A program made the translations under genes and the position numbers. Under the pieces are notes generated by a model. It was not told the DNA's origin, did not search any database, and saw only the letters and a program-made list of their open reading frames with translations. From assembly GCA_027063065.1 (NCBI GenBank), contig JAMOSO010000003.1, positions 1,524 to 65,523 of the forward strand: a stretch of DNA of 64,000 nt, given 5' to 3'. The stretch comes from Planctomycetota bacterium. Lineage in GTDB: Bacteria > Planctomycetota > JAMOSO01. Shown here piece by piece: positions 1 to 10,552 of the stretch (position 1 is its first letter; the number at the start of each line of letters is the position of its first letter).

Positions 1-663
1 AACAGCGCATTCATTTAAGGCCTCTTCTGGAGAAATACTACCGTCAGTAGTAATATCCAGTGTCAAGCGATCGTAATTTTGATCGCGTCCAACACGAGTT
101 TTAGATACAGAATACTTAACATTTGTAATTGGGCTAAATATAGAATCAATATAAATTAAACCTAACGCCTTATCTCCACGGGTTTCATGTTCTTCAGAAG
201 GTTCGTATCCACGACCCTTCTTCACTAAAATTTCACCATTAAAAGAGATATCTTCGGTAAGTGTTGCAATAACTAAATCTGGATTTGCTATTGAACAATT
301 ATGATCACAAATAAGATCGCCAGCTAAAATATCTCCAGCTCCTGTTTTCTCGATACGAATTACTGATGGCTCTTCACTATCTAGGCGAACAACCAATTTT
401 TTGATATTTAACATAATTTCAGCAACGTCTTGATAAACACCATCGATAGTTGCAAATTCATGTGACGCGCCTTCGATACGTACAGCGTACGGAGCTGCAC
501 CTTCAATGCTACCTAACAAAACACGACGTAATGAATTTCCAATAGTATGCCCAAAGCCATACTCAAAAGGTTCTACTACAAAACTGCCAAAGTTATCGGT
601 ACGTGTGGCTTCATCACAAATCACTCGTGAAGGAAGCTCAAATCCGTTCCATCTAATTCTCAT
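1..663 (-). CDS. rpoA: RNA polymerase alpha subunit (3'-partial, runs off window)
   Basis: Not in the ORF track. Manual translation from ATG at 663: MRIRWNGFELPSRVICDEATRTDNFGSFVVEPFEYGFGHTIGNSLRRVLLGSIEG, the RpoA signature. AGGAGA SD upstream. Confidence 0.97.
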   Translation of the reverse strand, partial: MRIRWNGFELPSRVICDEATRTDNFGSFVVEPFEYGFGHTIGNSLRRVLLGSIEGAAPYAVRIEGASHEFATIDGVYQDVAEIMLNIKKLVVRLDSEEPSVIRIEKTGAGDILAGDLICDHNCSIANPDLVIATLTEDISFNGEILVKKGRGYEPSEEHETRGDKALGLIYIDSIFSPITNVKYSVSKTRVGRDQNYDRLTLDITTDGSISPEEALNECAV

Positions 664-691
664 TCTATCTCCTAATTCGAGATCAAAATAA

Positions 692-1072
692 CTAAACGCG
701 TCGTTTCTTTTTAGGACGACAACCGTTATGAGGTAGCGGTGTTACATCCTCGATTGAACGAATCGTAAGACCACGGGTTTCAAGAGCACGGATTGCAGAT
801 TCACGTCCTGCACCTGGTCCATTGACTCTGACATCTAATTCGGCCAAGCCAAAATTACGAGCTTCTTCAGCTGCAATTTCAGCAGTGCGTTGACCAGCAT
901 AAGGTGTACTTTTACGAGAACCCTTAAAACCACATCCACCAGCTGTTTTCCAGCATAGTATATCACCTTCTTGTGTTCCAATTGAAACAATTGTGTTATT
1001 AAAACTTGCTTTAATAAATGCAACACCACGGCGCACATTTTTAGAAGTTTTTTTCTTAGTGTATTTAGCCAT
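692..1072 (-). CDS. rpsK: 30S ribosomal protein S11
   Basis: [30 protein letters not shown]. Confidence 0.98.
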   Translation of the reverse strand: MAKYTKKKTSKNVRRGVAFIKASFNNTIVSIGTQEGDILCWKTAGGCGFKGSRKSTPYAGQRTAEIAAEEARNFGLAELDVRVNGPGAGRESAIRALETRGLTIRSIEDVTPLPHNGCRPKKKRRV

Positions 1073-1074
1073 GC

Positions 1075-1443
1075 TTATCCTTTCTTACCTGTTACTGTTT
1101 TACGCTTACCTTTACGGGTACGAGCATTAGTTTTGGTACGTTGACCATTTACAGGTAATCCACGAATGTGGCGAAAACCACGGTAACACTTAATTTGACG
1201 CAAACGCGCGATGTTTTGTGATACTTCGCGGCGTAATTGACCTTCGACATTATATTGATCCGTCAACAAAGTATTAATTTTGTAAACTTCATCATCACTT
1301 AATTTGTGGGCACGCAGATTAGGATCAAGACCCATCTGGCCGATAATTTTACGCGAAGTTGTCAAACCAATACCATAAATATAAGTAAGTGAAACTTCTA
1401 AACGTTTATTATCGGGAATATCTACACCAGCTATTCTTGGCAC
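1075..1443 (-). CDS. rpsM: 30S ribosomal protein S13 (GTG start)
   Basis: [36 protein letters not shown]. Confidence 0.98.
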   Translation of the reverse strand: MPRIAGVDIPDNKRLEVSLTYIYGIGLTTSRKIIGQMGLDPNLRAHKLSDDEVYKINTLLTDQYNVEGQLRREVSQNIARLRQIKCYRGFRHIRGLPVNGQRTKTNARTRKGKRKTVTGKKG

Positions 1444-1458
1444 AATACTACTCCTTAA

Positions 1459-1572
1459 TTAACCCTGACGCTGCTTATGGCGTGGGTTGGTACAAATAAC
1501 TCTAACGCTACCATGGCGTTTAATAATTTTACAGTTTTCGCAAATGCGTTTTACTGAGGCTCTAACTTTCAT
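1459..1572 (-). CDS. rpmJ: 50S ribosomal protein L36 (Zn-binding type)
   Basis: Below the ORF-track cutoff. Manual translation [37 protein letters not shown]. Confidence 0.97.
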   Translation of the reverse strand: MKVRASVKRICENCKIIKRHGSVRVICTNPRHKQRQG

Positions 1573-1584
1573 TTTCTTTCTCGC

Positions 1585-2904
1585 TTAAATTCTACCGCGT
1601 ACGCGGGAGTTTCCCATAAAGCCATCATAATGATGGGTCACCAACATAGACTCAATTTTTTGAATAACATCTAATCCTACACCAACTACAATCAATAGTC
1701 CAGTGCCACCAAAAAAACCAGTCACTGCATAGGAGACATTAAATCCTTTAATCATAAAAAGAGGCATAATTGCAATAGCCGCAAAAAATATTGCGCCAGC
1801 AAAAGTTATGCGTGTCATGATATATTCTAAAAAATCTGCAGTAGCTTTTCCAGGACGAATACCAGGAATAAAACTACCATTTTGTTTCATGTTTTCACCA
1901 ATTTCTTTTGGATTAAAGATTATTGCAGTATAGAAAAAACAGAAAAATATTATAAGCACAACGTAAGCAGTATTATATAAAAAAGACTGCATACCGAAGA
2001 GCTCTGGATAATCCGGCAAGAGCTGATTAAAAGCCCAAGCTGGCACTATTAACAAGGCCTGAGCAAAAATGATGGGTATTACTCCAGCATGATTTACTCT
2101 CAATGGAAGATAAGTGGTGTTACCACTATCAACACGTGAAACCTTTGCCTGTTGAACAGGCACACGACGCTGTGCTTGAGTAATAGCCACTACGCCGTAA
2201 ACGATTAAAAAGAACAAAGCAACTAAAACAGCTAATTTACCTGGACCAAAACTTGAGCTTCCATCCATAGAAAAATTACTTGCTATTTCAACTACTGCTA
2301 CAGGAGCAGATGAAATAATACTTGCCATAATAATCATTGATATGCCATTGGTTATACCAAAGGCTGTTATCTGCTCGCCTAACCACATTAAAAATGCAGT
2401 TCCAGCGGTCAGTGTCATTACGGAAATGATTACAAAACTAATACCTTGTTGGTCTGGAGCTACTAGTGAAAGGCTATTGCCTCCCCCACTCTGTAAACCA
2501 ACAGCTAAGAAAGTTGCCTGTATCATACAAATACCAATGGTAGCATAGCGGGTCCATTGACTAATTTTACGACGACCTGATGGTCCCTCCTTCGAAACAG
2601 CTTCCAAAGCTGGTATCACCTGAGTCAGCATTTGAAAGATAATCGAAGCAGATATATAAGGCATTATTCCTAAAGCAAAAACGGTAGCATTTCGTAAACC
2701 ACCACCGGAAAACATGTTTATCATTCCAACAAATTTACCAAAATCACCTTCGGTTAATTTTTTGAAATAAAACTCAAGAGCCGCGCTATCAATTCCAGGA
2801 AGAGTTACAAATGTTCCCAAACGATAAACGGCAACTAACGCCAGCGTAATTAATATACGCTGACGCAAGTCTTTAATCTTGAATACGTTGATGATGGATT
2901 CCAT
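1585..2904 (-). CDS. secY: Preprotein translocase SecY
   Basis: FALGIMPYISASII, WLGEQIT, GSFIPGIRPG, FGGTGLLIVV; canonical position. Confidence 0.98.
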   Translation of the reverse strand: MESIINVFKIKDLRQRILITLALVAVYRLGTFVTLPGIDSAALEFYFKKLTEGDFGKFVGMINMFSGGGLRNATVFALGIMPYISASIIFQMLTQVIPALEAVSKEGPSGRRKISQWTRYATIGICMIQATFLAVGLQSGGGNSLSLVAPDQQGISFVIISVMTLTAGTAFLMWLGEQITAFGITNGISMIIMASIISSAPVAVVEIASNFSMDGSSSFGPGKLAVLVALFFLIVYGVVAITQAQRRVPVQQAKVSRVDSGNTTYLPLRVNHAGVIPIIFAQALLIVPAWAFNQLLPDYPELFGMQSFLYNTAYVVLIIFFCFFYTAIIFNPKEIGENMKQNGSFIPGIRPGKATADFLEYIMTRITFAGAIFFAAIAIMPLFMIKGFNVSYAVTGFFGGTGLLIVVGVGLDVIQKIESMLVTHHYDGFMGNSRVRGRI

Positions 2905-2914
2905 ATTAAATTAA

Positions 2915-3361
2915 TTAACCTTGAACCTTAGTTGTTCCACCAGCTGCTTCAATTTTAGATAAAGCACCTTCTGTGAATTTGGCAGCAACAACTGTCAACT
3001 TCTTGGTCAAATCACCATTGCCTAATACTTTTAAGCGAGCCTCACCTTTTTTGATGATGCCTTTTGCTAATAGCATTTCAGCTGTAACTTCTGTGCCATT
3101 ATCAAAAATTTCTAAGGCACTAACATTTATTGTGCGGAACAATTTCATATAACGTTTATTAGTAAAACCAATTTTAGGAATACGCCTAAACAATGATGTC
3201 GTACCACCTGCAAATGTCATCTTAATAGACGCACCTGTACGTGATTTCTGACCATTAGCACCGCGACCTGCAGTCTTGCCCCAACCAGAAGATTCGCCAC
3301 GACCTATACGACGACGCTTCTTGTGTGCAGACCATTCATTTTTAGCTTGAGATAAATTCAT
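2915..3361 (-). CDS. rplO: 50S ribosomal protein L15
   Basis: RIGRGESSGWGKTAGRGANGQKSR, RRIPKIGF. Confidence 0.97.
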   Translation of the reverse strand: MNLSQAKNEWSAHKKRRRIGRGESSGWGKTAGRGANGQKSRTGASIKMTFAGGTTSLFRRIPKIGFTNKRYMKLFRTINVSALEIFDNGTEVTAEMLLAKGIIKKGEARLKVLGNGDLTKKLTVVAAKFTEGALSKIEAAGGTTKVQG

Positions 3362-3371
3362 AATTACTCTC

Positions 3372-3887
3372 TTAAAGTTTTACACCACGAAGGCGTTCAA
3401 CATGCTCTTTAGTTTTTAATTGATTCAAAGCCTTAACTGTTGCTTTAGCAACATTCATAGGATTCCGAGAACCATATACTTTAGTAAGTACATCTTTTAT
3501 TCCGGTAGCTTCCACTAAATCACGTACCGCAGCTGATGCAATTACACCTGTTCCAGATGAAGCAGGGATAAGTCGAACATAAGATGTTCCTACCTTAGCT
3601 TCAACTTGAAAAGGTATGGTATCACCACTTAATGCAACTTTACGGATATTTTTTCTACCATCCTTACTAGCTTTTTGTATGGCACCAGCAACCATGCTGT
3701 CTTTACCATAACCAATACCAACATTGCCATTGCCATCACCGACAACCACTGTTGCTGCAAAGCTGAAACTACGTCCGCCTTTAGCTACAGAAGCATTGCG
3801 ATTGATATGTACAACGCGTTCGTCGTATTCTATACCGTCTGACTTCTTTTCATTACGTTTATCATTACGTCTGTCTTGTTTTGCCAT
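3372..3887 (-). CDS. rpsE: 30S ribosomal protein S5
   Basis: VAKGGRSFSFAATVVVGDGNG, GTGVIA. Confidence 0.97.
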   Translation of the reverse strand: MAKQDRRNDKRNEKKSDGIEYDERVVHINRNASVAKGGRSFSFAATVVVGDGNGNVGIGYGKDSMVAGAIQKASKDGRKNIRKVALSGDTIPFQVEAKVGTSYVRLIPASSGTGVIASAAVRDLVEATGIKDVLTKVYGSRNPMNVAKATVKALNQLKTKEHVERLRGVKL

Positions 3888-3896
3888 ATTTAATCC

Positions 3897-4268
3897 TTAA
3901 AAGTCTAGACCACCCTCGCGGGCTCCATCGGCTAAAGCCTTAACACGGCCATGATAAAGATAACCAGAGCGATCGAACACTACTTTCTCAATATTCTTTT
4001 CTTTGGCTAGCTCGGCAATCATTTTGCCAAGTTCAGCTGCTGCACTCATATTTCCTTTAGATCCACTTATGCGTTCGGCAACACTTTTAGAAAGAGTTGA
4101 TAACCCAACCAAAGTTTGTCCTGTTTCGTCATTAATGATTTGCACTGACATATTTTGCAGTGAACGATTAACACTCATACGAGGACGCAAAGCAGTTCCA
4201 GACACACTATTTCTAATATGCCATTTACGACGCTGTTTAAGCATTTTTTTTCTTTTTTGCTGTTTCAT
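3897..4268 (-). CDS. rplR: 50S ribosomal protein L18
   Basis: VVFDRSGYLYHGRVKALADGAREGGLDF. Confidence 0.97.
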   Translation of the reverse strand: MKQQKRKKMLKQRRKWHIRNSVSGTALRPRMSVNRSLQNMSVQIINDETGQTLVGLSTLSKSVAERISGSKGNMSAAAELGKMIAELAKEKNIEKVVFDRSGYLYHGRVKALADGAREGGLDF

Positions 4269-4282
4269 TTCGTTAGCCTACC

Positions 4283-4831
4283 TTATTTAGCAAAAGACTT
4301 ACCCGCTTTACGACGGATAATTTCATCAGAATAACGAATACCTTTACCTTTATATGGTTCAGGTTTACGAATTGCGCGAATATCAGCAGCTGTTTGTCCT
4401 AATACTTGTTTGTCACAACCTTTTAGGATTATTTCAGTATTACTTGGTAATTCAGCACTAATGCCTTCGGCCAATTCATGTATTACAGGATGACAAAAGC
4501 CTATCTGAAATTCAATCTTTCTACCTTTTAAGGCAGCACGATAACCAACACCTTCTATAAGAAGTCTCTTGGTAAACTGTTCACTTACACCAATAACCAT
4601 ATTAGTTATTAGTCGATAATAAGTGCCCTGTAGGGCTTTTTGAGAAACATCCTCTTGGTCAGTGCGATCCACAGTTAGACTATTTCCATCTTCGGCAACA
4701 GTAGCAGTAATACCACCTGTCAAATCTAGTGTTAGTTCACCGTGTTTGCCCTTGACCGTTATGGAGTTTCCGCTCATTACGGCGTCTACTCCAGCAGGAA
4801 GCATCATGGGTTTTTTAGCGATTCTTGACAT
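4283..4831 (-). CDS. rplF: 50S ribosomal protein L6
   Basis: True start MSRIAKKP at 4831 (AAGGA SD), not 4888; PEPYKGKGIRY. Confidence 0.97.
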   Translation of the reverse strand: MSRIAKKPMMLPAGVDAVMSGNSITVKGKHGELTLDLTGGITATVAEDGNSLTVDRTDQEDVSQKALQGTYYRLITNMVIGVSEQFTKRLLIEGVGYRAALKGRKIEFQIGFCHPVIHELAEGISAELPSNTEIILKGCDKQVLGQTAADIRAIRKPEPYKGKGIRYSDEIIRRKAGKSFAK

Positions 4832-4839
4832 TATATTCC

Positions 4840-5238
4840 TTAAAAGACGGTCGCGAGGATTTCGCCACCAACTGCCCTTTGACGACACTCTTTGTCGCTT
4901 ATAATACCTTGTGAAGTGCTTACGATATCGATACCAAAACCATTGCGCACAGGGCGTAATTGATCTTTAGTGGCATACATACGACATCCAGGCTTAGATA
5001 CACGTTTAATTTCAGTTATTACGCGTTCTTTTTCTTCACCATACTTCAAGGTTATCTTGATAGAGTTCTGAGGTTTTGCTTCAACGATTTGAAAATCATT
5101 GATAAAACCTTCTTTCTTAAGTACTTCCAACATTCCAATTTTTACTTTGGATGCAGGTACTTCAGTATGATTATATCCACGCATATTAGCATTGCGGATA
5201 CTAGTCAACATATTAGCGATGGGGTCACTTAAGCTCAT
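4840..5238 (-). CDS. rpsH: 30S ribosomal protein S8
   Basis: DPIANMLTSIRNA, RVSKPGCRMY, VGGEIL. Confidence 0.97.
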   Translation of the reverse strand: MSLSDPIANMLTSIRNANMRGYNHTEVPASKVKIGMLEVLKKEGFINDFQIVEAKPQNSIKITLKYGEEKERVITEIKRVSKPGCRMYATKDQLRPVRNGFGIDIVSTSQGIISDKECRQRAVGGEILATVF

Positions 5239-5247
5239 TGCTACTCC

Positions 5248-5433
5248 TTACCAGCTCGACTTACGAACACCTGGGATTTCTCCCTCTAGTGCCAGTTTGC
5301 GAAAACAACATCTACAGATTTTAAATTTGCGATAGACCGAACGAGGGCGACCACAAAGCTGACAACGAGTATATTCGCGTGAGCTAAACTTCTGCTTTTT
5401 ATTACACTTTTCAATTAGTGCTTTTCTAGCCAT
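5248..5433 (-). CDS. rpsN: 30S ribosomal protein S14, short Zn-binding type Z
   Basis: 61 aa, RCQLCGR...[18 protein letters not shown]. Confidence 0.97.
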   Translation of the reverse strand: MARKALIEKCNKKQKFSSREYTRCQLCGRPRSVYRKFKICRCCFRKLALEGEIPGVRKSSW

Positions 5434-5442
5434 CTTGATCCT

Positions 5443-5985
5443 TTATTTCTTACGAAATGGAAAACCAATGGCTTCCATTGTCGCTAGAGATTTTTCAGCG
5501 TTAGAATTTTCAAAAACTAAAGTAATATCCATGCCAAATTCTTGATCGACATCAGCAATACTTAGTTCTGGGAAAATTGATTGCTCGGCAACTCCTAAAG
5601 AGAAATTACCAGCCTTATCGAAAGATTTACGGCTATAACCGTTAAAATCACGAATTCTAGGCATTGCAAGGGACATAAAGCGATCTAGGAAATTGTACAT
5701 GCGTTCACCACGCAATGTTACACGAGTTCCAACGGCATCGCCTTCACGAAGTTTAAAGTTAGAAACTGACATTCTAGCCTTGATTACAACAGGTTTTTGA
5801 CCTGTGATTTTACCCAAAACAGTTTGTGCAGACTCAAAACGCTTTGCTTCGTTTTTAGCTTGACCCATGCCAATATTTAAACAAATTTTGTTTAATTTTG
5901 GCGCGGCCATTTTATTTTTGATTCCAAAAGATTCACAAATCTTTGGAACAACTTCAGTGTTGAATTTTTCTTGTAGTCTAGACAT
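5443..5985 (-). CDS. rplE: 50S ribosomal protein L5
   Basis: ITGQKP, FKLREG, VTLRG, PRIRDF. Confidence 0.97.
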   Translation of the reverse strand: MSRLQEKFNTEVVPKICESFGIKNKMAAPKLNKICLNIGMGQAKNEAKRFESAQTVLGKITGQKPVVIKARMSVSNFKLREGDAVGTRVTLRGERMYNFLDRFMSLAMPRIRDFNGYSRKSFDKAGNFSLGVAEQSIFPELSIADVDQEFGMDITLVFENSNAEKSLATMEAIGFPFRKK

Positions 5986-5996
5986 TATCTTTCTAC

Positions 5997-6251
5997 CTAC
6001 TTGGCAGCACGTTTTGCGTCATAAACGCTTTTTAACTGCACATTAGAAATATGAATAGGACATTCTTTTTCAATGCGACCACCTTTTGGGTTAGCCTGCG
6101 TTGGTTTTAAATGCCTAAAACGTTTATTAACACCTTCGACAATAACTTTATTACTGTCGACCAGAACTTGAAGAACTGCACCTGTACGGCCTTTATTAGC
6201 ACCGGCAATTACAGTTACCTCTTCACCTTTTTTAATTTTATTAGCCATCAT
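5997..6251 (-). CDS. rplX: 50S ribosomal protein L24 (short form)
   Basis: KOW motif IKKGEEVTVIAGANKG, EGVN, PIHISNV. Confidence 0.95.
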   Translation of the reverse strand: MMANKIKKGEEVTVIAGANKGRTGAVLQVLVDSNKVIVEGVNKRFRHLKPTQANPKGGRIEKECPIHISNVQLKSVYDAKRAAK

Positions 6252-6257
6252 ATACTC

Positions 6258-6626
6258 CTAGACAACTTCTGGTGCGAGGGAAACAATCTTCATAAAAGAA
6301 CCTTTACGTAACTCACGAGCTACTGGTCCAAAAATTCTTGTTCCGCGAGGAGCACCGTTACCGTCTAAAATTACAACAGAATTGGTATCAAAACGAACAG
6401 TTGTTCCGTCGGGGCGTCTTATATCTTTCTTGGTGCGAACTATCACACCTTTTACCACTTCACCCTTCTTAACCGCAGAACGGGGCATGGCCTTCTTTAC
6501 ACTCATCACAATGACATCACCAATCTTAGCGTAACGACGCTTTGAGCCTCCAAGTACCTTAATGCACATGCATTCTTTAGCACCTGAATTATCGGCAACA
6601 TCGAGTCTTGTTTGCATTTGTATCAT
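6258..6626 (-). CDS. rplN: 50S ribosomal protein L14
   Basis: [27 protein letters not shown]. Confidence 0.98.
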   Translation of the reverse strand: MIQMQTRLDVADNSGAKECMCIKVLGGSKRRYAKIGDVIVMSVKKAMPRSAVKKGEVVKGVIVRTKKDIRRPDGTTVRFDTNSVVILDGNGAPRGTRIFGPVARELRKGSFMKIVSLAPEVV

Positions 6627-6641
6627 AACAATTCTCCTGCG

Positions 6642-6911
6642 TTATAATTTAACGCTTTTTGCCTTTTCAGTGATAGAAACCAAACGCCAACGCTTAGATT
6701 TACTCATAGGACGTGTCTCCATGAATTGAACCTTATCGCCAACGAGGCTTTCATTTTTTTCGTCGTGCATAACAAAACGGCTATGACGTCTCATCACCTT
6801 CCCATATTTGGGATGACGAGCTTGACGTTCAACTTCAACCACACGGGTTTTGTCCATTTTATCTGTAACCACGGTACCTAGCATTATTTTACGTGTAGAA
6901 CGTTCTGCCAT
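6642..6911 (-). CDS. rpsQ: 30S ribosomal protein S17
   Basis: [22 protein letters not shown]. Confidence 0.97.
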   Translation of the reverse strand: MAERSTRKIMLGTVVTDKMDKTRVVEVERQARHPKYGKVMRRHSRFVMHDEKNESLVGDKVQFMETRPMSKSKRWRLVSITEKAKSVKL

Positions 6912-6914
6912 GGT

Positions 6915-7118
6915 TTAATCCTTTTTCTCTAATTCGCGTTCACGGATAACCGTTTTAACACGAGCAATGTCTTTTTTTATTACACCAAGTCGTGACACAG
7001 CCACGTCTTGAGAAGCAGTAGCAAGTTGAAAACGAAGATTAAATAACTCTTTTGCAAGAGAACCTTCGAGACTTACTAATTCATCGGCACTTTTGCTACG
7101 AATCTCAGATGGTTTCAT
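6915..7118 (-). CDS. rpmC: 50S ribosomal protein L29
   Basis: ELFNLRFQ, KKDIARVKT; position. Confidence 0.96.
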   Translation of the reverse strand: MKPSEIRSKSADELVSLEGSLAKELFNLRFQLATASQDVAVSRLGVIKKDIARVKTVIRERELEKKD

Positions 7119-7530
7119 CGTTATACCTCTTTACCATTCTAACTCTAATTGGAAGCTTATGTGCTTGACGACGAAATACTTCACGAGCAATTTCTTCAGA
7201 AACACCTTTAAGCTCAAAAAGTATAGTGCCAGGCTTAACAACAGCCGCCCAATAATCAACTTCACCTTTACCTTTACCCATTCGTGTTTCTGCAGCTGTT
7301 GCAGTAACAGGTTTATGAGGAAATATGCGAATAAACAATTTGCCTTCACCACCTGTAAAATGTGCACAAGTTAGACGACAAGATTCAATTTGACGACCAG
7401 AAATCCAAGCGTTTTCTAAAGATTGCATTCCATAATCGCCATAAGCAACATAGTGACCTTTGGCAGCTACACCTTTGTTAGAGCCGCGCATTTGTTTACG
7501 GTATTTAACTCGCTTTGGCATTAGGGCCAT
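7105..7530 (-). CDS. rplP: 50S ribosomal protein L16
   Basis: PKRVKYRKQMRG, ETRMGKGKG; TGA stop overlapping rpmC. Confidence 0.97.
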   Translation of the reverse strand: MALMPKRVKYRKQMRGSNKGVAAKGHYVAYGDYGMQSLENAWISGRQIESCRLTCAHFTGGEGKLFIRIFPHKPVTATAAETRMGKGKGEVDYWAAVVKPGTILFELKGVSEEIAREVFRRQAHKLPIRVRMVKRYNDETI

Positions 7531-8194
7531 TTTTGCTCCGTTCCTCTGCGTTACTCATATCAAGAATTCCTTTGAATATCCAAACCTTTACACCTAAGTC
7601 TCCATAGGTTGTAATTGCGTTTGTATAACCATAATCAATATCGGCATCCAAAGTAGACAGCGGCAATGCTCCCTCTTGAATAACCTCAGCACGTGCGATG
7701 TCCGCTCCATTTAAACGACCAGCAACACGGATTTTAATACCCAATGCACCTGATTCCATAGAGAGATCACGAGCTCTTTGCATAACACGGCGAAAAGATC
7801 CGCGGCGTTCCAACTGTTGAGCAATATTGGCAGATACCAATTTTGCATCTAAAGAAGGTTTAGCAACTTCATTGATTTTGATGTTTACCTTGCATTTTGT
7901 TAGCTTGGCAACTTCAGCGCGTAAAGCATCGATATCACGACCTTTAGGACCTATAATAAGTCCTGGACGTTCGGTGCTAATGGTCATTACGAGTTCTTCA
8001 TCACCACCGATTGGGCGGCGTTCGATCTCGATCTTAGAGATACCAGCGTGTGATAACTTCTTGTTAGTGAAGCGTTTGATCTTTTGATCTTCTACGAGCT
8101 TATCGCCAAACTCGTACTTACTGGCACTCCAACGGGATTTCCAAGGACGTGTATATCCAAGACGAAATCCGTAGGGATGTGTTTTTTGTCCCAC
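7505..8194 (-). CDS. rpsC: 30S ribosomal protein S3 (GTG start)
   Basis: MGQKTHPYGFRLG, GRLNGADIAR, GVKVWI. Confidence 0.98.
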   Translation of the reverse strand: MGQKTHPYGFRLGYTRPWKSRWSASKYEFGDKLVEDQKIKRFTNKKLSHAGISKIEIERRPIGGDEELVMTISTERPGLIIGPKGRDIDALRAEVAKLTKCKVNIKINEVAKPSLDAKLVSANIAQQLERRGSFRRVMQRARDLSMESGALGIKIRVAGRLNGADIARAEVIQEGALPLSTLDADIDYGYTNAITTYGDLGVKVWIFKGILDMSNAEERSKNGPNAKAS

Positions 8195-8197
8195 CTA

Positions 8198-8536
8198 CTA
8201 CTCCTTTCCTGATGAAAGTTCAATGGTTATATGGCTAGTTCGCTTACGAATCGGTGTCGCGCGCCCCTGAGCCCTTGCAATAAAACGATGGATGGTGGGT
8301 CCTTCGTCGGCGAATGCCTTGCTGATGAACAAATCATCCACATTAGGATCATCTTTTTCAACAGCATTGGCCACGGCAGATTTAACTACCTTTGTTATCA
8401 TATAAGCCGCACGTTTTGGCAAGCTATCTAGAATCTCTAACGATTGATTGGCATTTTTACCACGAATCGCATCAAGAACTAAACGTACCTTACGAGCTGA
8501 CATACGAGCATTTTTATGTTGTGCTACATAACTCAT
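8198..8536 (-). CDS. rplV: 50S ribosomal protein L22
   Basis: SARKVRLV, SAVANA, RAQGRA, TSHITI. Confidence 0.97.
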   Translation of the reverse strand: MSYVAQHKNARMSARKVRLVLDAIRGKNANQSLEILDSLPKRAAYMITKVVKSAVANAVEKDDPNVDDLFISKAFADEGPTIHRFIARAQGRATPIRKRTSHITIELSSGKE

Positions 8537-8545
8537 TCTTTACCC

Positions 8546-8806
8546 TTATTTTTTCTTATGTCCACGGAATGTGCGTGTTGGCGCAAATTCACCTAATTTG
8601 TGACTTACCATCATTTCAGTAATAGCGACATCAACAAATTTGTTACCACAATGAATTGAAAAAGTACAACCAACAAAATCTGGGATAATTGTACAGGCTC
8701 GAGCCCAAGTCTTAATGGGTTTTTTATTTCCCTCAGCTTTAGCTTTCTCAACTTTTTTAATTAACTTGAGGTCAACTGCGGGACCTTTTTTTATAGATCT
8801 ACTCAT
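8546..8806 (-). CDS. rpsS: 30S ribosomal protein S19
   Basis: [19 protein letters not shown]. Confidence 0.98.
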   Translation of the reverse strand: MSRSIKKGPAVDLKLIKKVEKAKAEGNKKPIKTWARACTIIPDFVGCTFSIHCGNKFVDVAITEMMVSHKLGEFAPTRTFRGHKKK

Positions 8807-9636
8807 TAGGATCTCCCACGACGATGTCGCACAACAAATGTATTAGTAAGTGATTTAGCTTTTCTGGTACGACCACCTTTGGCGTATATACCAGTTGGAG
8901 AACAAGGATGTCCACCAGAGTTACGGTCTTCACCACCACCCATTGGGTGATCAACTGGATTTTGAGCTGTACCACGAACTGTTGGCCTCCAACCTCTCCA
9001 GCGATTACGTCCAGCCTTACCCTGTTTTACTAAAGAATAATCTTTATTTCCAACAGTACCGACTGTAGCGCGAGCTAATCCTGAGATACGTCTAACAGCA
9101 CCAGATGGCAATGTAACTTGAACCCAAGTACCATCTTCATCTTTAGCTGATAATTTTGCCCACGAACCGGCACTACGCGCCAAACTAGCGCCTTTACCAG
9201 GTTCCGTCTCAACAGCATGTATAGTATACCCTACTGGTATATTACGCATTTCCATTGCATTTCCAACCTCTGGTTCAACTTTTGAACCACTTAGCAAAAC
9301 TTGACCTACTTCAAGATTTTGTGGCGCAATAATATAACGTTTTTCACCATCGGCATAATGCAAAAGAGCAATGTTTGAAGAACGATTTGGATCATATTCA
9401 ATAGTAGCAACAGTGGCTGGCACATTATCTTTAGTACGCTTAAAATCAATAATACGATACTTACGAGCATGACCGCCACCGCGATGACGTACTGTTATGC
9501 GACCTGTATTATTACGGCCGCCGTTTTTCTTTAAGGTTTCAACGAGGCTTTTTTCTGGTGTATCAGTAGTGATTTCTGCGAAATCAAGACTGGTCATGCC
9601 ACGTCTTCCTGGTGTATTTGGCTTATACTTTTTCAT
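8806..9636 (-). CDS. rplB: 50S ribosomal protein L2
   Basis: [33 protein letters not shown]. Confidence 0.98.
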   Translation of the reverse strand: MKKYKPNTPGRRGMTSLDFAEITTDTPEKSLVETLKKNGGRNNTGRITVRHRGGGHARKYRIIDFKRTKDNVPATVATIEYDPNRSSNIALLHYADGEKRYIIAPQNLEVGQVLLSGSKVEPEVGNAMEMRNIPVGYTIHAVETEPGKGASLARSAGSWAKLSAKDEDGTWVQVTLPSGAVRRISGLARATVGTVGNKDYSLVKQGKAGRNRWRGWRPTVRGTAQNPVDHPMGGGEDRNSGGHPCSPTGIYAKGGRTRKAKSLTNTFVVRHRRGRS

Positions 9637-9637
9637 T

Positions 9638-9919
9638 TTATACGAACTCTATTGAGTTATCCTTATTCAAAGTAACATAAGCTTTTTTCACTTGTGCGCT
9701 GCGTCCGTAACCACCTTTACGATTGCGACGCTTTGCAGCGTGACAAACAATAGTGCGTACATTTTCAACTTTTACAGAAAAAAGCTCTTCTATAGCTTTT
9801 CCAATTTGGATCTTATTGGCACGCTTATCAACCTCAAAAGGATACGTATTTTGAGTATTGATCATAGTCATGCCCTTTTCACTTACGATAGGACGTTTTA
9901 CAATTTCATGTGCTTTCAT
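9638..9919 (-). CDS. rplW: 50S ribosomal protein L23
   Basis: RPIVSEK, ANKIQI, KKAYVTL. Confidence 0.96.
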   Translation of the reverse strand: MKAHEIVKRPIVSEKGMTMINTQNTYPFEVDKRANKIQIGKAIEELFSVKVENVRTIVCHAAKRRNRKGGYGRSAQVKKAYVTLNKDNSIEFV

Positions 9920-10542
9920 TATTTAGCCGCCTTTTCAACTGCTTGAGTTATACCTTCTTTAGAGAAGATAGTAACTTCATTGTTGAGAATATCATAAGCA
10001 TTTAATTCAGATGCAACCCGAACTTCAACACGAGGAATATTACGAAAACTTTTTACAAGATTTTCATTATAACCTTCTGAAACAACTAAAACACGTTTAG
10101 ATGCTTTGAAATTATTCAGAATTGCTACTGCTTCTTTGGTTTTTGGAGCTGCAAAATCAAATGCATCAATTACTTTAACCTGAGAGTCTTGAACTTTAGA
10201 AAGAAGAGCCGATCTAACAGCAGCTTGTTTCATTTTCTTAGGAATTGTAACACTAAAATCGCGCGTACGAGGCCCCATTGCAACAGCACCGCTTCTATGA
10301 TGAGGAGCACCCTTACGACCTTGTCTTGCATTACCAGTACCTTTTTGTTTAAAGGCCTTTTTAGACGAATAAACCAAATCACGTCTTGTCAACGTATTAG
10401 CATTACCCTGACGCTGATTAGCTTCATGAGCAACCACAACTTGTTTAAGAACCACGTGATTTACTTCTTCACCTAACTTAGTTATATCTACGACCAAGGT
10501 ATCAACCTTTTCACCGTTTTTATTTAATACTTCTAGTTCCAT
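9919..10542 (-). CDS. rplD: 50S ribosomal protein L4
   Basis: QKGTGNARQG, SFRNIP. Confidence 0.97.
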   Translation of the reverse strand: MELEVLNKNGEKVDTLVVDITKLGEEVNHVVLKQVVVAHEANQRQGNANTLTRRDLVYSSKKAFKQKGTGNARQGRKGAPHHRSGAVAMGPRTRDFSVTIPKKMKQAAVRSALLSKVQDSQVKVIDAFDFAAPKTKEAVAILNNFKASKRVLVVSEGYNENLVKSFRNIPRVEVRVASELNAYDILNNEVTIFSKEGITQAVEKAAK

Positions 10543-10552
10543 TTTCTATTCC

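Noticed and set aside
662..677. 16-nt identity (ATTCTATCTCCTAATT) between the rpoA and receiver-gene (46862-46877) upstream regions
   Set aside because: Centred on the AGGAGA SD in AT-rich DNA; probably convergence or chance.
4832..4888. N-terminal extensions in the ORF track for L6 (and for PurF, RecR and the amidase)
   Set aside because: Downstream starts match the family N-termini and the SD or promoter positions.
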